DNA of 64,000 nucleotides, taken from the human T2T-CHM13v2.0 reference genome, Homo sapiens. Location of the stretch: NCBI RefSeq assembly GCF_009914755.1, contig NC_060947.1; one strand, given 5' to 3'. Made by a program: the position numbers and the translations under genes. Shown one piece after another: positions 29,506 through 43,350 of the stretch. The notes under the pieces were generated by a model, which saw nothing but the letters and a program-made list of their open reading frames with translations, ran no database searches and was not told the DNA's origin. The number at the start of each line of letters is the position of its first letter. Position 1 is the first letter of the stretch.

Positions 29506-31119
29506 AAAATCGTATTGGGAGAAAGACAAAAGTAGATCTGACTGCTTGAATATGGTAAAGTGAAGTGGAGGAACAAATCAAGTCATGATCATAAGGTGGT
29601 AGACACATGTATGTATACAAAATTGCTTCTAACAAATGTAATTTCAGAAATACAATCTCTTTTCAGCAAAACTAATATAGTGTCCACTTGGTGGGTAGGT
29701 ATGTATTGGGATGAGTTTGGTGATCAGGGGAACATGACCCTTTTGTAAACCGTAGTATTTTCTCAGAGTCTGCATTATATCAAATTTACGCTGAATTTTA
29801 TGTTTAAATGTCTGCTTCACTATAAGACAGTCTAGGCCCTTTTTAAATAAGGGCGTCTCTGTATTACAGCACTTACAGAGTGCCTGAAACTTTGTGGAAA
29901 AGAAATAAGTAGATAAGGTCAAACCTGTATTCAGATATATTTTACTTTCTCTCGTCAGTAAAATTATTTCTCTCTTTCCTCCATTAAGCTATTGCTTCCT
30001 TGGAGTTACAAAATATTCCTGGAATGTAGTAGGCGCTAGGTTTAGGTTTTCTAGGTGAATGTTTGCATTTGCTACCCAACTTATCCTACCACATTTTTAT
30101 TCTGTAAATTTCACTACATTCAGACAGCTTTCTAAAAATACATCATGCATTAGAGGACAATGTGGTTTTATTTTTAAAATAATATATACTCTGCATATAT
30201 TCCATGTGGATTCACCCACAACTGCTTAAACAGTTTATATAGTTTCACTTTTGTGCTTTAGGTATGGAGTAAGATTTAAAAAATACAATGTCCTTTTAAT
30301 AGTTTCTTTTGTGCCACGTCATCGTAAATCATAATCTCTAAATAATGAAGCTGAGCGGAGTTGAGTCCTGATTTTCGTAGCTCAGGTCAATAAGAATGTT
30401 TTTCTTCATCTTGTTGTTTTGTTTGTTTTAACACTAAAACAAGCATTGTTTTAGTTTCTAAAGCCTATCCTTAATAAATCATCCTTTTGAGGCACTCATG
30501 AGGATAGCAAACAAAACATATCGTTTCTATTTCTTTTCATGTTTGTGTCTGAGGGTGGCACTGTATGGTTTTTCTTCACAAGAATCTCATTGACATCATC
30601 AAATAATTTATTATTTAGAAAGGTGGGGCGATACACTGACAAAAGAAACATTTCTTCTGCTAAAGTGAAAATAAGTGCTTAGGAAGAAAATTATACTTTA
30701 GCTCCAAAATGATGCTTCATTCTGCAATGTATTATATTATATTTTCCTTGAGTTATTATTAAATGCCTTTATTAAAAATTGTTATTTATGTTTTCCACAA
30801 ATGTTAAGGCAGGCATGGCTTAGTTCGACTAGTAAAATGGAAAAACAAGGTCAGGTAGTTTTTCAGAAGTAATTATTATGTACCTGCAATCCTATGAGAA
30901 CGTTTAGCAAATTGAGGCTTGGAGCGCTCAACAGCACTAATCGATCACTTAAGTCACACTTAGGTGATTGCTAATTAGTCATAGTAGATAAGCAGGCACA
31001 AGTACAAAGAGTAGACCCACTTGATTAGCTACAAAGGGAAAACTAAAACAGAAGGCTCTGAATACACAGACCAGGGTGATTCCAATTAAACAGGCATCCA
31101 GAAGAAAGGCTCCCACACA

Positions 31120-31553
31120 TGCTATAGTTTAGATGTCTGCCCTCTCCAAATATCATGTTGAAATTTAATTCCCAGTGTGATGGTGTTGGGAAGTGAGGCA
31201 TAGTGGGAGATGTTTGGGTCATGGGGAAAGATCCCTCATGAATAGCTTGGTGACTTTTCTTGGGAGTGAGTGAGTGCTTACTCTATTAGTTCCTGTGAGA
31301 ACTGGTTGATATAAAGAGCCTGGTGCCTCCTCCTGCTCGCTCTTATTTCCTCTCTCATCATGTAATCTGCTTACACCAGCTCCCCTTCACCTGCCCCTAT
31401 GATTGGAAGCTACCTGAGGCCCTCACCAAAAGCAGATGCTGGCACTACGCTTCTTGTATAGCCTGCAGAACCATGAGTCAGATAAACCTGTTTCCTTTGT
31501 AAATTACCCAGCCTCAGATATTCTTTTATAGCAATACTAAACGGACCAAGACA
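31120..31553 (+). mobile_element. MST-family MaLR solo LTR
   Basis: TGCTATAGTTTAGATG...AAATTACCCAGCCTCAG...ACGGACCAAGACA. Confidence 0.85.
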
Positions 31554-31769
31554 AAACATAATTATGAGTATGAGGGTCTCTCTGCATGTGCAATTGTAGA
31601 TCCACTATTTAAGTAGGATTACGCCTGTTTCTGTGCTTTGCTAATAGGTAGCTTATTTCAATGCTAGGGGGACCTCCATGGAAAAGAGAAGCATGACAAT
31701 ATTTTTGACACCAGTAAGAGAAAAGCTTTTAAAAATTACTCTCTCTTTGTCTCTCTCTCTCTCTCCCTC

Positions 31770-32027
31770 TAGTTTTAGAGCTAGAGTTTCACTCACTGTA
31801 ACCTTGAACTCCTGGGCTTAAGCAATCCTCCAGTCCCAACCTCCTGAATAGCTGGGACTATAGATGTGCACCACCAGACCCAGCTAATTTTTTTAATTTT
31901 TTCTTTTTGTAAAGATGGGGTTTTACTATGCTTTACAGGCTGGTTTCAAACTTCTGGGCTCAAGTGGTCCTCTTGTCTCGGTCTCCCAAACTGCTGGGAT
32001 TACAGGCATTAGCCACTGTATCTGACC
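31770..32027 (-). mobile_element. AluJ with a deletion in the right arm
   Basis: CCTTGAACTCCTGGGCTTAAGCAATCCTCC and CTGGGCTCAAGTGGTCCTC J-type motifs; CT microsatellite tail. Confidence 0.8.
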
Positions 32028-32429
32028 TAAAATTATGCAATGTTAAGTTCATTTTGAATTAATTTTTGGTCTTTCCCATACTTGAGAATTCCACATTGAA
32101 GTTGGTTTAATGTTACATTTCCTCATTATTTCACTTTACAAGTTAATCATACCAATCAAACACTCATTGCTAACTGATCTTTTCTTGGGGAATACTGGGG
32201 CAAGAAACTAGAACAGACAGGAAGTTACCAGTGGAGTTTCAAAGAATCTGAGGAAAATGTGGGCATGTATTTTTTTTTATTGGGGACCAAAACGAAAGAA
32301 GTAAGTGGTTCTTTCAAGTGTAACTATTTTCACCACAGAGAAAGTAGCAGAAGTCCTTCAAGGATTTACTTTCTGATATCTGAGAGTACAACTTCCAACT
32401 CAGATCTAGCTTAATTGTTTAGGAAAAAT

Positions 32430-34537
32430 AATTTTTTAAAATTATACTTTAAGTTCTGGGATACATGTGCAGAACGTGCAGATTTGTTACGTAGGTATAC
32501 ACGTCCCATGGTGGTTTGCTGCACCCATCAACCCATCATCTACATTAGGTATTTCTCCTAATGCTATCCCTCCCCTTGCCCCCAACCCCCCAACAGGCCC
32601 TAGTGTGTGATGTTCCCCTCCCTGTATCAATGTGTTCTCATTGTTCAGCTCCCACTTATGAGTAAGAACATGTGGTGTTTGGTTTTCTGGTCCTGTGGTA
32701 GTTTGCTGAGAATGATGGTTTCCAGCTTCATCCATTTCCCTGCAAAGACATGAACTCATTTCTTTTTTATGGCTGCATAATATTCCATGATGTATATGTG
32801 CCATATTTTCTTTATCCAGTCTATAATTGATGGGCATTTGGGTTGGTTCCAAGTCTTTGCTATTGTGAATACTGCTGCAATAAACATACGTGTGCATGTG
32901 TCTTTATAGTAGAATGATTTATAATCTTTTGGGTATACACCCAGTAATGGGATTGCTGGGTCAAATAGTATTTCTGGTTCTAGATCCTTGAGGAATCGCC
33001 ACACTGTTTTCCACAACGGTGGAACTAATTTACACTCCCACCAATGGTGTAAAAGCATTCCTATTTCTCCACATCCTCTCCAGCATCTGTTGTTTCTTGA
33101 CTTTTTAATGATTGCCATTCTAACTGGTGTGAGATGGTATCTCTTTGTGGTTTTGATTTGCATTTCTCTAATGGCCGGTGATGATGAGCTTTTTTTCATA
33201 TGATTGTTGGATACATAAGTGTCTCCTTTTAGAAGTGTCTGTTCCTATCCTTCACCCACTTTTTGATGGAGTTGTCTGTTTTTTTTCTTGTAACTTTGTT
33301 TAAGTTCCTTGTAGATTCTGGATATTAACCCTTTGTCAGATGGATAGATTGCAAACATTTTCTCCCATTCTGTAGGTTGCCTGTTCACTCTGATGATAGT
33401 TTCTTTTGCTGTTCAGAAGCTCTTTCATTTAATTAGATCCCATTTGTCAATTTTGGCTTTTGTTGCCATTGCTTTTGGTGTTTTAGTCATGAAGTCTTTG
33501 CCCATGCCTATGTCCTGAATGGGATTGCCTAGGTTTTCTTCTAGGGTTTTTATGGTTTTAGGTTTTACATTTAATTCTTTAATCCATCTTGATTAATTTT
33601 TGTACAAGGTTTAAGGAAGGGGTCCAGTTTCAGTTTTCTGCATATGGCTAGCCAGTTTTCACAAAACCATTCATTAAATAGGGAATCCTTTCCCCATTGC
33701 TTGTTTACGTCAGGTTTGTTCAAAAATCAGATGGTTGTAGATGTGTGGTGTTATTTCTGAGACCTCTGTTCTTTTCCATTGGTCTATATATCTATTTTGG
33801 TACCAGTACCATGCCCTTTTGGTTACTGTAGCCTTGTAGTATATTTTGAAGTCAGGTAGTGTGATGCCTCCAGCTTTGTTCTTTCTGCTTAGGATTGTCT
33901 TGGCTATACGGTCTCTTGACAAACCCACAGCCAATATAATACTGAATGCACAAAAGCTGGAAGCATTCTCTTTGAAAACCACCTCAAGACAAGGATGCTG
34001 CCTCTCACCACTCCTATTCAATGTAGTATTGGAAATTCTGGCCAGGGCAATCAGGCAAGAGAAAGAAATAAAGGATATTCAAATAAGAAGAGAGGAAGTC
34101 AAATTGTCTTTGGTTGCAGATGACATGATTGTATATTTAGATAACCCCATCATCTCAGCCCAAAATCTCCTTAAGCTGATAAGCAACTTCAGCAAAGTGT
34201 CAGGATACAAAATCAATGTGCAAAAATCACAAGCATTCCTGTACACCAATAATAGACAAACAGAGAGCCAAATCATGAGTGAACTCCCATTCACAGCTGC
34301 TACAAAGAGAATAAAATACCTAGGAATACAAACATACAAGGGATGTGAAGGACCTCTTCCAGGAGAACTACAAACCACTGCTCAAGTAAATAAGAGAAGA
34401 CACACACAAATGGAAAAACATTCCATGCTCATGGATAGGAAGAATCAATATAGTGAAAATGGCCATACTGCCCAAATTAGTTCATAGATTCAGTGCTATC
34501 CCCATCAAGCTACTATGGACTTTCTTCACAGAATTAT
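32430..34537 (-). mobile_element. 5'-inverted L1PA (about L1PA7-8)
   Basis: 3' UTR and ORF2 C-terminus on the minus strand from 32430 to about 33916, then RT-region sequence on the plus strand to about 34537. Confidence 0.88.
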
Positions 34538-34834
34538 AAAAATGTTTTAAGAGACATTTCATACAGTGCAATGTGTAGTCTGTATAATGTAGCAACAGTA
34601 GTTAGTTTTCAGAGACTAGAATGCATCATATTCAGATTTATTTGATTGTTTTGACTGATCAGGACGTTAATTCATTTTGACGTTTTAAAAACTAAATGAT
34701 TAAGTCAGTGAAAAAGAAAAGGTAAAATGTATGATTAATAGTGGTATACACTTGGGGTTATTTTTAAAGTTCCACCAAATGCTTGCCATGTGATATTGAA
34801 CAATGTAATCTAAACTCATTGTATCTCAATTTCC

Positions 34835-35628
34835 AGACACATGAAAAAATGCTTATCATCACTGGCCATCAGAGAAATGCAAAGCAAAACGACAGTGAGA
34901 TACCATCTCACACCCGTTAGAATGATGATCATTAAAAAGTCAGGAAACAACAGGTGCTGGAGAGGATGTGGAGAAATAGGAACACTTTTACACTGTTGGT
35001 GGGACTGTAAACTAGTTCAACTATTGTGGAAGACAGTGTGGCGATTCCTTAAAGATCTAGAACTAGAAATACCATTTGACCCAGCCATCCCATTACTGGG
35101 TATATACCCAAAGGATTATAAACCATGCTACTATAAGGACACATGCACACGCATGTTTATTGCGGCACTATTCACAATAGCAAAGACTTGGAACCAACCC
35201 AAATGTCCATCAATGAAAGACTGGATTAAGACAATGTGGCATATATACACCACGGAGTACTATGCAGCCATAAAAAAGGATGAGTTCATGTCCTTTGTAG
35301 GTACATGGATGAAGCTGGAAAGCATCATTCTGAGCAAACTATTGCAAGGACGGAAAACCAAACACCGCATGTTCTCACTCATAGGTGGGAATTGAACAAT
35401 GAGAACACTTGGACACAGGAAGGGGAACATCATACACTGGGGCCTGTCGTGGGGTGGGGAAAGTGGGGAGGGATAGCATGAGGAGATATACCTAATATAA
35501 ATGACGAGTTAATGGGTGCAGCACACCAACATGGCACATGTATGCATATGTAACAAACCTGCACGTTGTGCACATGTACCCTAGAACTTAAAGTATAATA
35601 AAAAAAAACAAAAATAATTAAAAAAAAT
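34835..35628 (+). mobile_element. 5'-truncated L1PA (about L1PA5-6), 3' end
   Basis: ORF2 C-terminal 184 aa (34841-35395), GACGAGTTAATGGG 3' UTR and A-rich tail. Confidence 0.9.
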
Positions 35629-35636
35629 CTTAATAA

Positions 35637-37706
35637 TATTGCGAAAGGGGTTGAGCTCTTTATTTCATTCTCAGTTTGGCCGCTGTTGGTGTATAGCAGA
35701 GCTACTGATTTGTGTACATTAATTTGGTATCCTGAAACTTTGCTGGCTTCATTGACCAGTTCTAGGAGCTTTCTGGATGAGTCATTAGGGTTTTCTAGGT
35801 ATAGGATCATAACATCAGCAAACAACAACAGTTTCACTTTCTCTTTATCAGTTTGGATGCCTTTATTTGTTTCTCTTGTCTGATTACTCTGGCTAGGACT
35901 TCCAGTACTATGTTGAATAGAAGTGATGAAAGTGGGCATCCTTGTCTTGTTCCAGTTCTCAGGGGAAATGCTTTCAACTGTTCCCTATTCAGTATAATGT
36001 TGGCTGTGGGTTTGTTGTAGATGGCTTTTATTACCTTAAGGTATGTCCCTTCTATGCCGATTTTCCTGAGGGCTTTAATCATAAAGGGATGCTGGATTTT
36101 GTCAAACGCTTTTGCTAGTGAGATGATTATGTAATTTTTATTTTTAATTTTGTTTATGTGAGATATCAAATTTTTCACTTACATATGTTAAACCGTCTCT
36201 GCATCCCTGGTATGAAACCTACTTGATCATGGTGAATTATCTTTTTGATAAACTGTTGGATTTGGTTTACCAGTATTTTGGTGAGGATTTTCAAACCTAT
36301 GTTTATCAGTGATACTGGTCTGTAGTTTTCTTTTTTTGTTATGTCCTTCCCTGGCTTTGGTATTAGGGTGATACTGACTTCATAGAATGATTTACAGACG
36401 ATTCCCTCTTTTTCTGTCTTTTGGAATAGTGTCAGTAGAATTGGTACCAATTCTTCTTTGCATGTCTGATGGAATTAAACTGTGAATTTGTCTAGGCCTG
36501 GACTTTTTTAATTGGCAATTTTTAAATTACCATTTCAATCTCATTGTTTGTTTTGGTCTGTATAGAGATTCTATATCTTCCCGCTTTAATCTAGGAGGGT
36601 TGTATATTTCCAGGACTTTATCCATCTCCTCTAGGTTTTGTAGTTTACGTGCATAAAGGTGGTCATAGTAGCCTTGAATAATCTTTTGTTTTTCTGTGTT
36701 ATCAGTTGTAATATCTTTCGTTTTATTTCTAATTGAGCTTATTTGGATCTTCCCTCTTTTCTTGGTTAATCTCCCTAATAGTCTATCAATTTTATTTATC
36801 TTTTCCAAGAACCAGCTTATTGTTTCATTTATCTTTGTATTTTGTTTTGTTTGTTTGTTTTAATTACATTTAGTTCTGCTCTGATCTTTGTTGTTCCTTT
36901 TCTTCTGCTGTGTTTGAATTTGGATTGTTCTTGTTTCTCCAGTTCCAGGAGGTGTGACCATAAGTTGTCTATTTGTGCTCTTTCAGACTTTTCGATGTAG
37001 GCATTTAATGCTGCGAAGAAATCATTGATTATACAAACAAATGTAAACACATCCCATGCTCATGGATGAGTAGAATTAATATTGTGAAAATGACCATATT
37101 GCCAAAAGCAATCCACAAATTTAATGCAATTTTCACAAAAATACCACCATCACTCTTCACAGGACAAGAAAAAATAATCCGAAATTTCGTAGGAAACCAA
37201 AAAAGAGCCCACATAGCCAAAGCAAGACTAAGAAAAAAAAATCTGGAGGCATCACATTATCTAACTTTAAACTATGCCATAAGCCCATAGTAACTAAAAG
37301 AGCATGGGACTGGTATGGAAATAGGCACATAGACCAATGGAACAGAATAGAAAACTCAGAAATAAAGCAAAACACTTATAGCCAACTGATCTTTGACAAA
37401 GCAAACAAAAACATAAGGTGTGGAAAGGACACCGTATTCAACAAATGGTGCTGGGGTAATTGGTAAGCCACATGGAGAATGAAATTGGATGCTCATCTCT
37501 CACCTTATACAAAAATCAACTCAAGATGGATCAAAGACTTAAATTGAAGACCTGAAACCATGAAGATTCTAGAAGATAACATCAGAAAATCCCATATAGA
37601 CATTGGCTTAAGCAAAGACTTCATGACCAAGCACCCAAAAGCAAATGAAACTAAAACAAAGATAAATAGATGGTACTTAATTAAACTAAAAAGCTTCTGC
37701 ACAGCA

Positions 37707-37748
<42 letters not shown>

Positions 37749-38713
37749 TAGCAGAGTTAACAGACAACCCACAGAGTGGGAGAAAATCTTCACAATCTAC
37801 ACATCCAACAAAGAACTAATATCTAGAATCTACAAAGAACTCAAATAAATCAGCAAGAAAAAAACAATCCCATCGAAAAGTGGGCTAAGGAAATTAATAG
37901 ACAATTCTCAAAAGAAGATATACAAATGTCCAACAAACATATGGAAAAATGCTCAACACCACTAATTATCAGGGAAATGCAAATCAAAACTGCAATGTGA
38001 TACCACCTCACTCCTGCAAGAATGGCCATAAATAAAAAAAAAAAAAGATAATATATATTGGCATGGATGTGGTGAAAAGGGAACATTTTTACACAGTTGG
38101 TGGAAATGTAACCTAGCACAACCACTATGGAAAACAATGTGGAGATTCCTTAAAGTACTAAAAGTGGATCTACCATTTGATCCAGCAATCCCACTACTAG
38201 GTATCTACCCAGAGGACAAGAAGTCATTATACAAAAAAGATACTTGCACATGCATGTTTATAGCAGCACAATTTGCAATTGCAAAAACATGGAACCAGCC
38301 TAAATGCCTATCAACAAACGAGTGGTTAAAGAAAATGTGGTGTATATATATATGATGGAATACTACTCAGCCATAAAAAGTAATGAAATAATAGCATTAG
38401 TATCAACCTGGATAGAATTGGAGACTATTATTCTAAGTGAAGTAACTCAGGATTGGAAAACCAAACATTGTGTGTTCTCACTAATATGTGGGAGCTAAGC
38501 TATGATACACAAAGGCATAAGAATGATACACTGGACTTTGAAGACTTGGGGGGAAAGGGTTGGGGGTGGTGAGGGCCGAAACACTACACATTGTGTGCAG
38601 TGAAAACTGCTTGGGTGATGGCTGCACCAAAACCTCATAAATCATCACTAAAGAAATTATTCATGTAACCAGACATCACCTGTGTCCCCAAAACCTATTG
38701 AAATAAAAAAAAA
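35637..38713 (+). mobile_element. 5'-inverted L1PB
   Basis: ORF2 on the minus strand 35637-37012, switching to plus at about 37015 through an L1PB-type 3' UTR (GGGAGCTAAGCTATGA...CCCCAAAACCTATTGAAATAAAAA); contains (AAT)n at about 37707-37749. Confidence 0.85.
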
Positions 38714-39529
38714 GATATGGAAAACATGCTAATAATATAATTTGGAATAAATGAAAAAGCATATGCAAAGATCTTAATAGAGTGCCTAGCACATATACAT
38801 ACTCAGCAGAAATCGGGTTCCTCATTCTACTGTCCTCAGGCCACTGGGTTTATGGACAGTGAAGTAAATTGATTTATTCATCTTTGGAAAGTTTACTGAT
38901 TAGGTTTATGCTCAACCTATGATCTGAATTTTAAAATAGCCTTTATGTAGGCAATTTATTCAAAGAAATAGAGATTAATAGCTGATCTAGGTAACATTAT
39001 GCTAATTGAGTGTGATTTATTCCATGCATTTTCAGTCTCTGTTTTTCTTAGGTCAAGCCTAATATCTTTTTCTAATTTCAAGTGAGTCTTTCCAAATAAA
39101 ACATTTTATATTTTGTGAATGTAAGTGAAGTATTCTACTATTTTTCCATACATAGGTATATCTCAACAATTTGCATATTGCCTCCTCTGGCATTATAATT
39201 TCTAGAACAAATATCGATAAGCTTATGTGTTGGGAGAGGGAAGGTAAACCAAGTAGCCTCCATTACATGGGGTGTCATGGATAGAGAAGTTGCAATGGAA
39301 TGATGACAACCAGGATAAGGGAATGAGGAAGTGAAATAAGAAGAAGAGGTGGTGAGGAGGAACCAACAACTACAATAAAAACATCTCCTTTTAACATAAT
39401 AAATGTATACATGCAAACATTCAAGAATCATCATATATCAGTAACTCTCTGGACCACAGTCTTGAGTGAACATTATCTCATTTCATTCTGATAAAAGTGC
39501 TATGCAATACTGTCTCCCATGTTCTAAGA

Positions 39530-39755
39530 CAGGGGTCATCAAACTTTGGCCCTCACACCAAATCTGACCACATGGATTTCTTTTTTTTTAATTAAAGAAT
39601 TACTGAAATATAGCCAAGTCCATTCATTTATGTAATGTCTATGGCTATTTTCTTGCTGCAACAGTAGAGTTGAAAAGTTGTGACAGAGACCATATGGGCT
39701 GCAAAGTCATCAATATATACTGTATGACCTTATAGAAAAAGGTTGTCAACCCCTG
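39530..39755. mobile_element. MER58A (hAT-Charlie) DNA transposon
   Basis: CAGGGGTC...ACCCCTG termini, GCAACAGTAGAGTTGAAAAGTTGTGACAGAGACCATATGG core, degenerate 8-bp TSD TTCTAAGA/CTTTAAGA. Confidence 0.8.
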
Positions 39756-39879
39756 CTTTAAGAAGCAACTAGATGAGTTTAGCTACCAAAGATGATATTT
39801 TTCTGGAAAGAGAGAAAAAATAATCAGTTATCAAAATGAAAAAAAATGAATTAGGAATTAAATCCAATTAATATGCAAT

Positions 39880-40080
39880 TGTACTGTATCCTATGTTACT
39901 TCATTTCAATACTCACAATAACCCTATGAAGTAAGTATTAACTTTTATACAAATACGGAAAATAAGGCTCAAAGAACTTAAGATATTCATTTCCACAAAG
40001 TTGCATAGTTACGCAGTGAACAGAGCTGATATTTCAGTATACACTTGTTTTACTTAAAGTCCAGTGCTATTTCTACCATG
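39880..40080 (-). mobile_element. MIR fragment
   Basis: CTCACAATAACCCTATGAAGTAAGTATTA...GGAAAATAAGGCTCAAAGA. Confidence 0.65.
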
Positions 40081-40679
40081 TTTGCAAACCTGATTAAAAA
40101 TATATGTAATTAACAGCAGGGGGATAATCAGGCCACATTTTCTGAGTTCCTTGGCTGGGAGGATATCTTGTTTTCTCAACACACAGTGAGGACAAGTGGA
40201 TAAGAAAGACTGAAACTCCCTGTCAGAAAGGGAGCAAAGAGAAGAATTATTAAAGAAGAATCATGGTAAGTATCTGATATATGGTGAAACGCAGAAATAT
40301 TGCCATAGGGGAAGTGTAGTAGGAACTTTGATAATAAGTTCATTAGGGAATGCACAAAATGATTAGTGATCAAATTAAATAATTTTTGCATGGCCTCTAT
40401 AGTGATAGTATTGACTTCTCACATTAGAGTTTGGGGGTGGGGGACACTGATGCAGAAGCAGTTTCTTTGTCATTAAGAATGAAGTCACGCTGCTTGTTGT
40501 CCTTCAGTCAAGCTCCATTAAATTAGTTCTCCAAGTCGCAATGCTATTTTGGTTTGGGCTAGGGTCTGCAGTAATTCTACCATGCAGCACTATTGAGACC
40601 CACATTTTCAAGCAGAAAGCACCATTCCCAAAGCCTACCTCAGTCATTTTGAACAGGCTCTTCCTTCTGTAAGAATACA

Positions 40680-40935
40680 TTCCTCTCCTCAGCCTGGCAA
40701 AACTTCTCATCCTTCAAGACTCAAATCGATTGCTGTCCCTGACTTTTCTGCTTGAGTGGGTATATTATGTTTCAGAGTGTGTATTGCCACTTATCTTACT
40801 TTATCTACCTGTTTCTCACTCCAAACTGAACTCTTTGAGGGCACAGACTGATGCTTACTAATATATTTTATGCCAGAATCTAGTACAATACTACACAGAT
40901 AGTAAATGTTTTATAAATATTTTCAATGAATTAAT
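40680..40935 (+). mobile_element. L2 3' end fragment
   Basis: CTCATCCTTCAAGACTCAA...GAACTCTTTGAGGGCACAGAC. Confidence 0.55.
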
Positions 40936-42446
40936 ACTTTGAAAATGGAATTTTATGTTTAGGCTGTTTAAATATATAATTCTTTATTATTGGAACTAAT
41001 TTTTTTTTCTTTTCATTCAAATCATGTGAATTTCAGGTCTCTTCCCCTCCTACCTTAAACCCCACCAAATGGGTAAACCAGATAAAGCATGATAAGGGCC
41101 AGATCTATTAGATGAGTATTGTGTACTCCAATCTTAACCACCTACCTGACAAATACTACAGGCTCAATAAACATTTGATAAAATATTTGCTGAGTAAATG
41201 AATCAACAAAAGTGATTTAAATAGGAGGCAAGGCTATTGTCTTAGGCAATATATAAAAGCAGAATTAGGAATCCAAAGAGTGATTCTTTTCTAATTCCAT
41301 AATGTTAACTAACAAACTGTTACATAAAGGGAGATAGGACTGTGTGGAAACAAAGCAGGTTGCTAATAGGGAGTTAGAAATCTGGCAGAAACCTCTAGTA
41401 ATGCAGACGGTGACTCTATTCGGAGAGTTACTTGGCATATCAAGCTTGCATCTCTGGAAAGTGTCTGAGAAGTATTTGATTCAAGTTCTAGGCCTCCTTT
41501 TCAATGGAATAAAATGTAACTTGACTTTCCACACTCATTCTGCTGAGCTGCAATGCAGTAATGACAGTTACTGCACAGGCAGAGTGTATTGGTGCTTACT
41601 GAGTAGAAGACAAAGACCTATCTTCTCACACAGTATTCCTGAGAACGAGTAAGATGTCAACAACATCTATTGAAAATCTGCTGTGTGAGAATCCTTTGCT
41701 ATCAGCCTTATACCATTCAGGTCACTGATTCTAACTAAAAACTTAACCTTGTGCAATGTTTGAACTGGATTTGAACAAGGTATATATTACATTTTGACTT
41801 GTCGCTATGCTGTGGAATGAGGGTGAGGATTTGAGTGAGGAGGGTGACTAGAATCATTTTGCCCAGCATAAACGAACCGCTTAATGGATCTACAGTCTTG
41901 GTTTTCAGCCAGAGTTTCATATTGGAACTGTCTGGATAGGATTTAATCTAATTTTATTCAAAATTACCTCATTTTTAACCACTCCCTACCATTACCTCCT
42001 GGGATGGGTTTCTGCTATGCCCTTGTTGAAAGGGGGGGGGGGCGTGGTAAATGTTTGAAGAGTAAAACTTTAATTTAATTGATTTTATTAATAAATTAAT
42101 TTATTAACTTAATTTTAATTGTGGCTCCCTTTGTCCTCTGCACCGTGAGAATAATTAACATAGTATGCACATTCCTACAAAGCTCCCATAATCTCTCCTG
42201 TGTTGTTCACATCCATAGAATTATTCTCGTACATGGTATTATACAGTAACAAAGAGTATGAGGTCAGTATTTGAGTCTGGGTTCAGGAACCTATTTATTG
42301 AGTGACTTTGAACAAGTCAGTTAAGCTTTCTGATCTTCAATTTATTCGTCTTTCAAATGGAAATAATAGTTCCAATATCCTAGGCTTAATGTGATGATTA
42401 AAGGAAGGCAAGTATACAAAACTCAGCAGATGCCCAGAAGAGTCTT

Positions 42447-42925
42447 TGTATCAGCAAGAATTCTGCCAGAAAAAAACCAAACACTCCATGCATTATATCA
42501 GGAAGGGATTTAATGCCAGGAATTAGATGCTTACAAAACTTTTGGAAGATTATTTTTGGATGAAGGCCAGGGAGGACCACTGCTGGCTTTCAAGATATCA
42601 GGAGGTGCAGGAAATGCAGGTAGCAGTTCCTGATGATCTCAGCTGCCTGCAACATCAAAGTGAATGGTATGCAGGAATTTTTGCTGAAACCACTACAAAC
42701 CACATTTTCCACTTTCTTATGTATTTCTGCTTCTGATTGAAGAAAATAATGGCTTCTCTTTCTCTTCAGCCTCTTTAAGTTTATACAAAGTTTTCACATT
42801 AGTAAACTCCAAATTAGAACACTCCTGGCAGAAAAATGTGGTTTCTAGACTTCTTGTCCCTAAGATATAGGGAAGAGCATGGAAAGGAATGGGAATAGTG
42901 TTGATATGCCAAAAGATAATCCAGT
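42447..42925. mobile_element. Old ERVL-class LTR remnant (subfamily uncertain)
   Basis: TGTATCAG start and GAAGGGATTTAATGCCAGGAATTAG motif seen in old ERVL LTRs. Confidence 0.35.
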
Positions 42926-43227
42926 ATAAAACTTGACAAATGGTTATTAGAAATTTTCATTTATGTTTTTTGTCCTTCTGCCTCAGGACTAGCACTCCAT
43001 TTTCCAAATAAGACTTGGCATTCTATTCTGGAATCCAGCTCTATTTGGCTGAGGTATAATGACATCTCACCAGCCTTGTGTAGCAGAAAGAATACAGGCT
43101 TTGGAGGCAGGCAGCCATAATGGTGTTGGGACACTTACTCCAGCATCTGCAACAAGTATTAGCTGGGTGTCCTTGTACAGCGCTGGATTTCTGGTGATCT
43201 CTCTAGGACCAAGGGTTCCAGTGGAGC

Positions 43228-43350
43228 CTCTCTCTTTCTCTCTTTCCCTTGTCTTCAGCTCCAGACTAGTTCTCTCTCTCTCTCTCTCTTTCTTTCTCTC
43301 TCTCCCTCTCCCTCTCTCTCTCTCTCTCTCCCTCCCACTCTCTCTCTCTC
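43228..43350. repeat. (CT)n-rich microsatellite
   Basis: Direct reading. Confidence 0.9.

Noticed and set aside
33846-35395. 213-aa and 184-aa RT/ORF2-like ORFs
   Set aside because: Fragments of truncated or inverted L1PA copies; the 213-aa ORF is chimeric across the inversion and frameshifted.
42030-42120. G12 run and the 20-bp palindrome TTAATAAATTAATTTATTAA (42088-42107)
   Set aside because: Low-complexity sequence; such palindromes are expected in A/T-only tracts.
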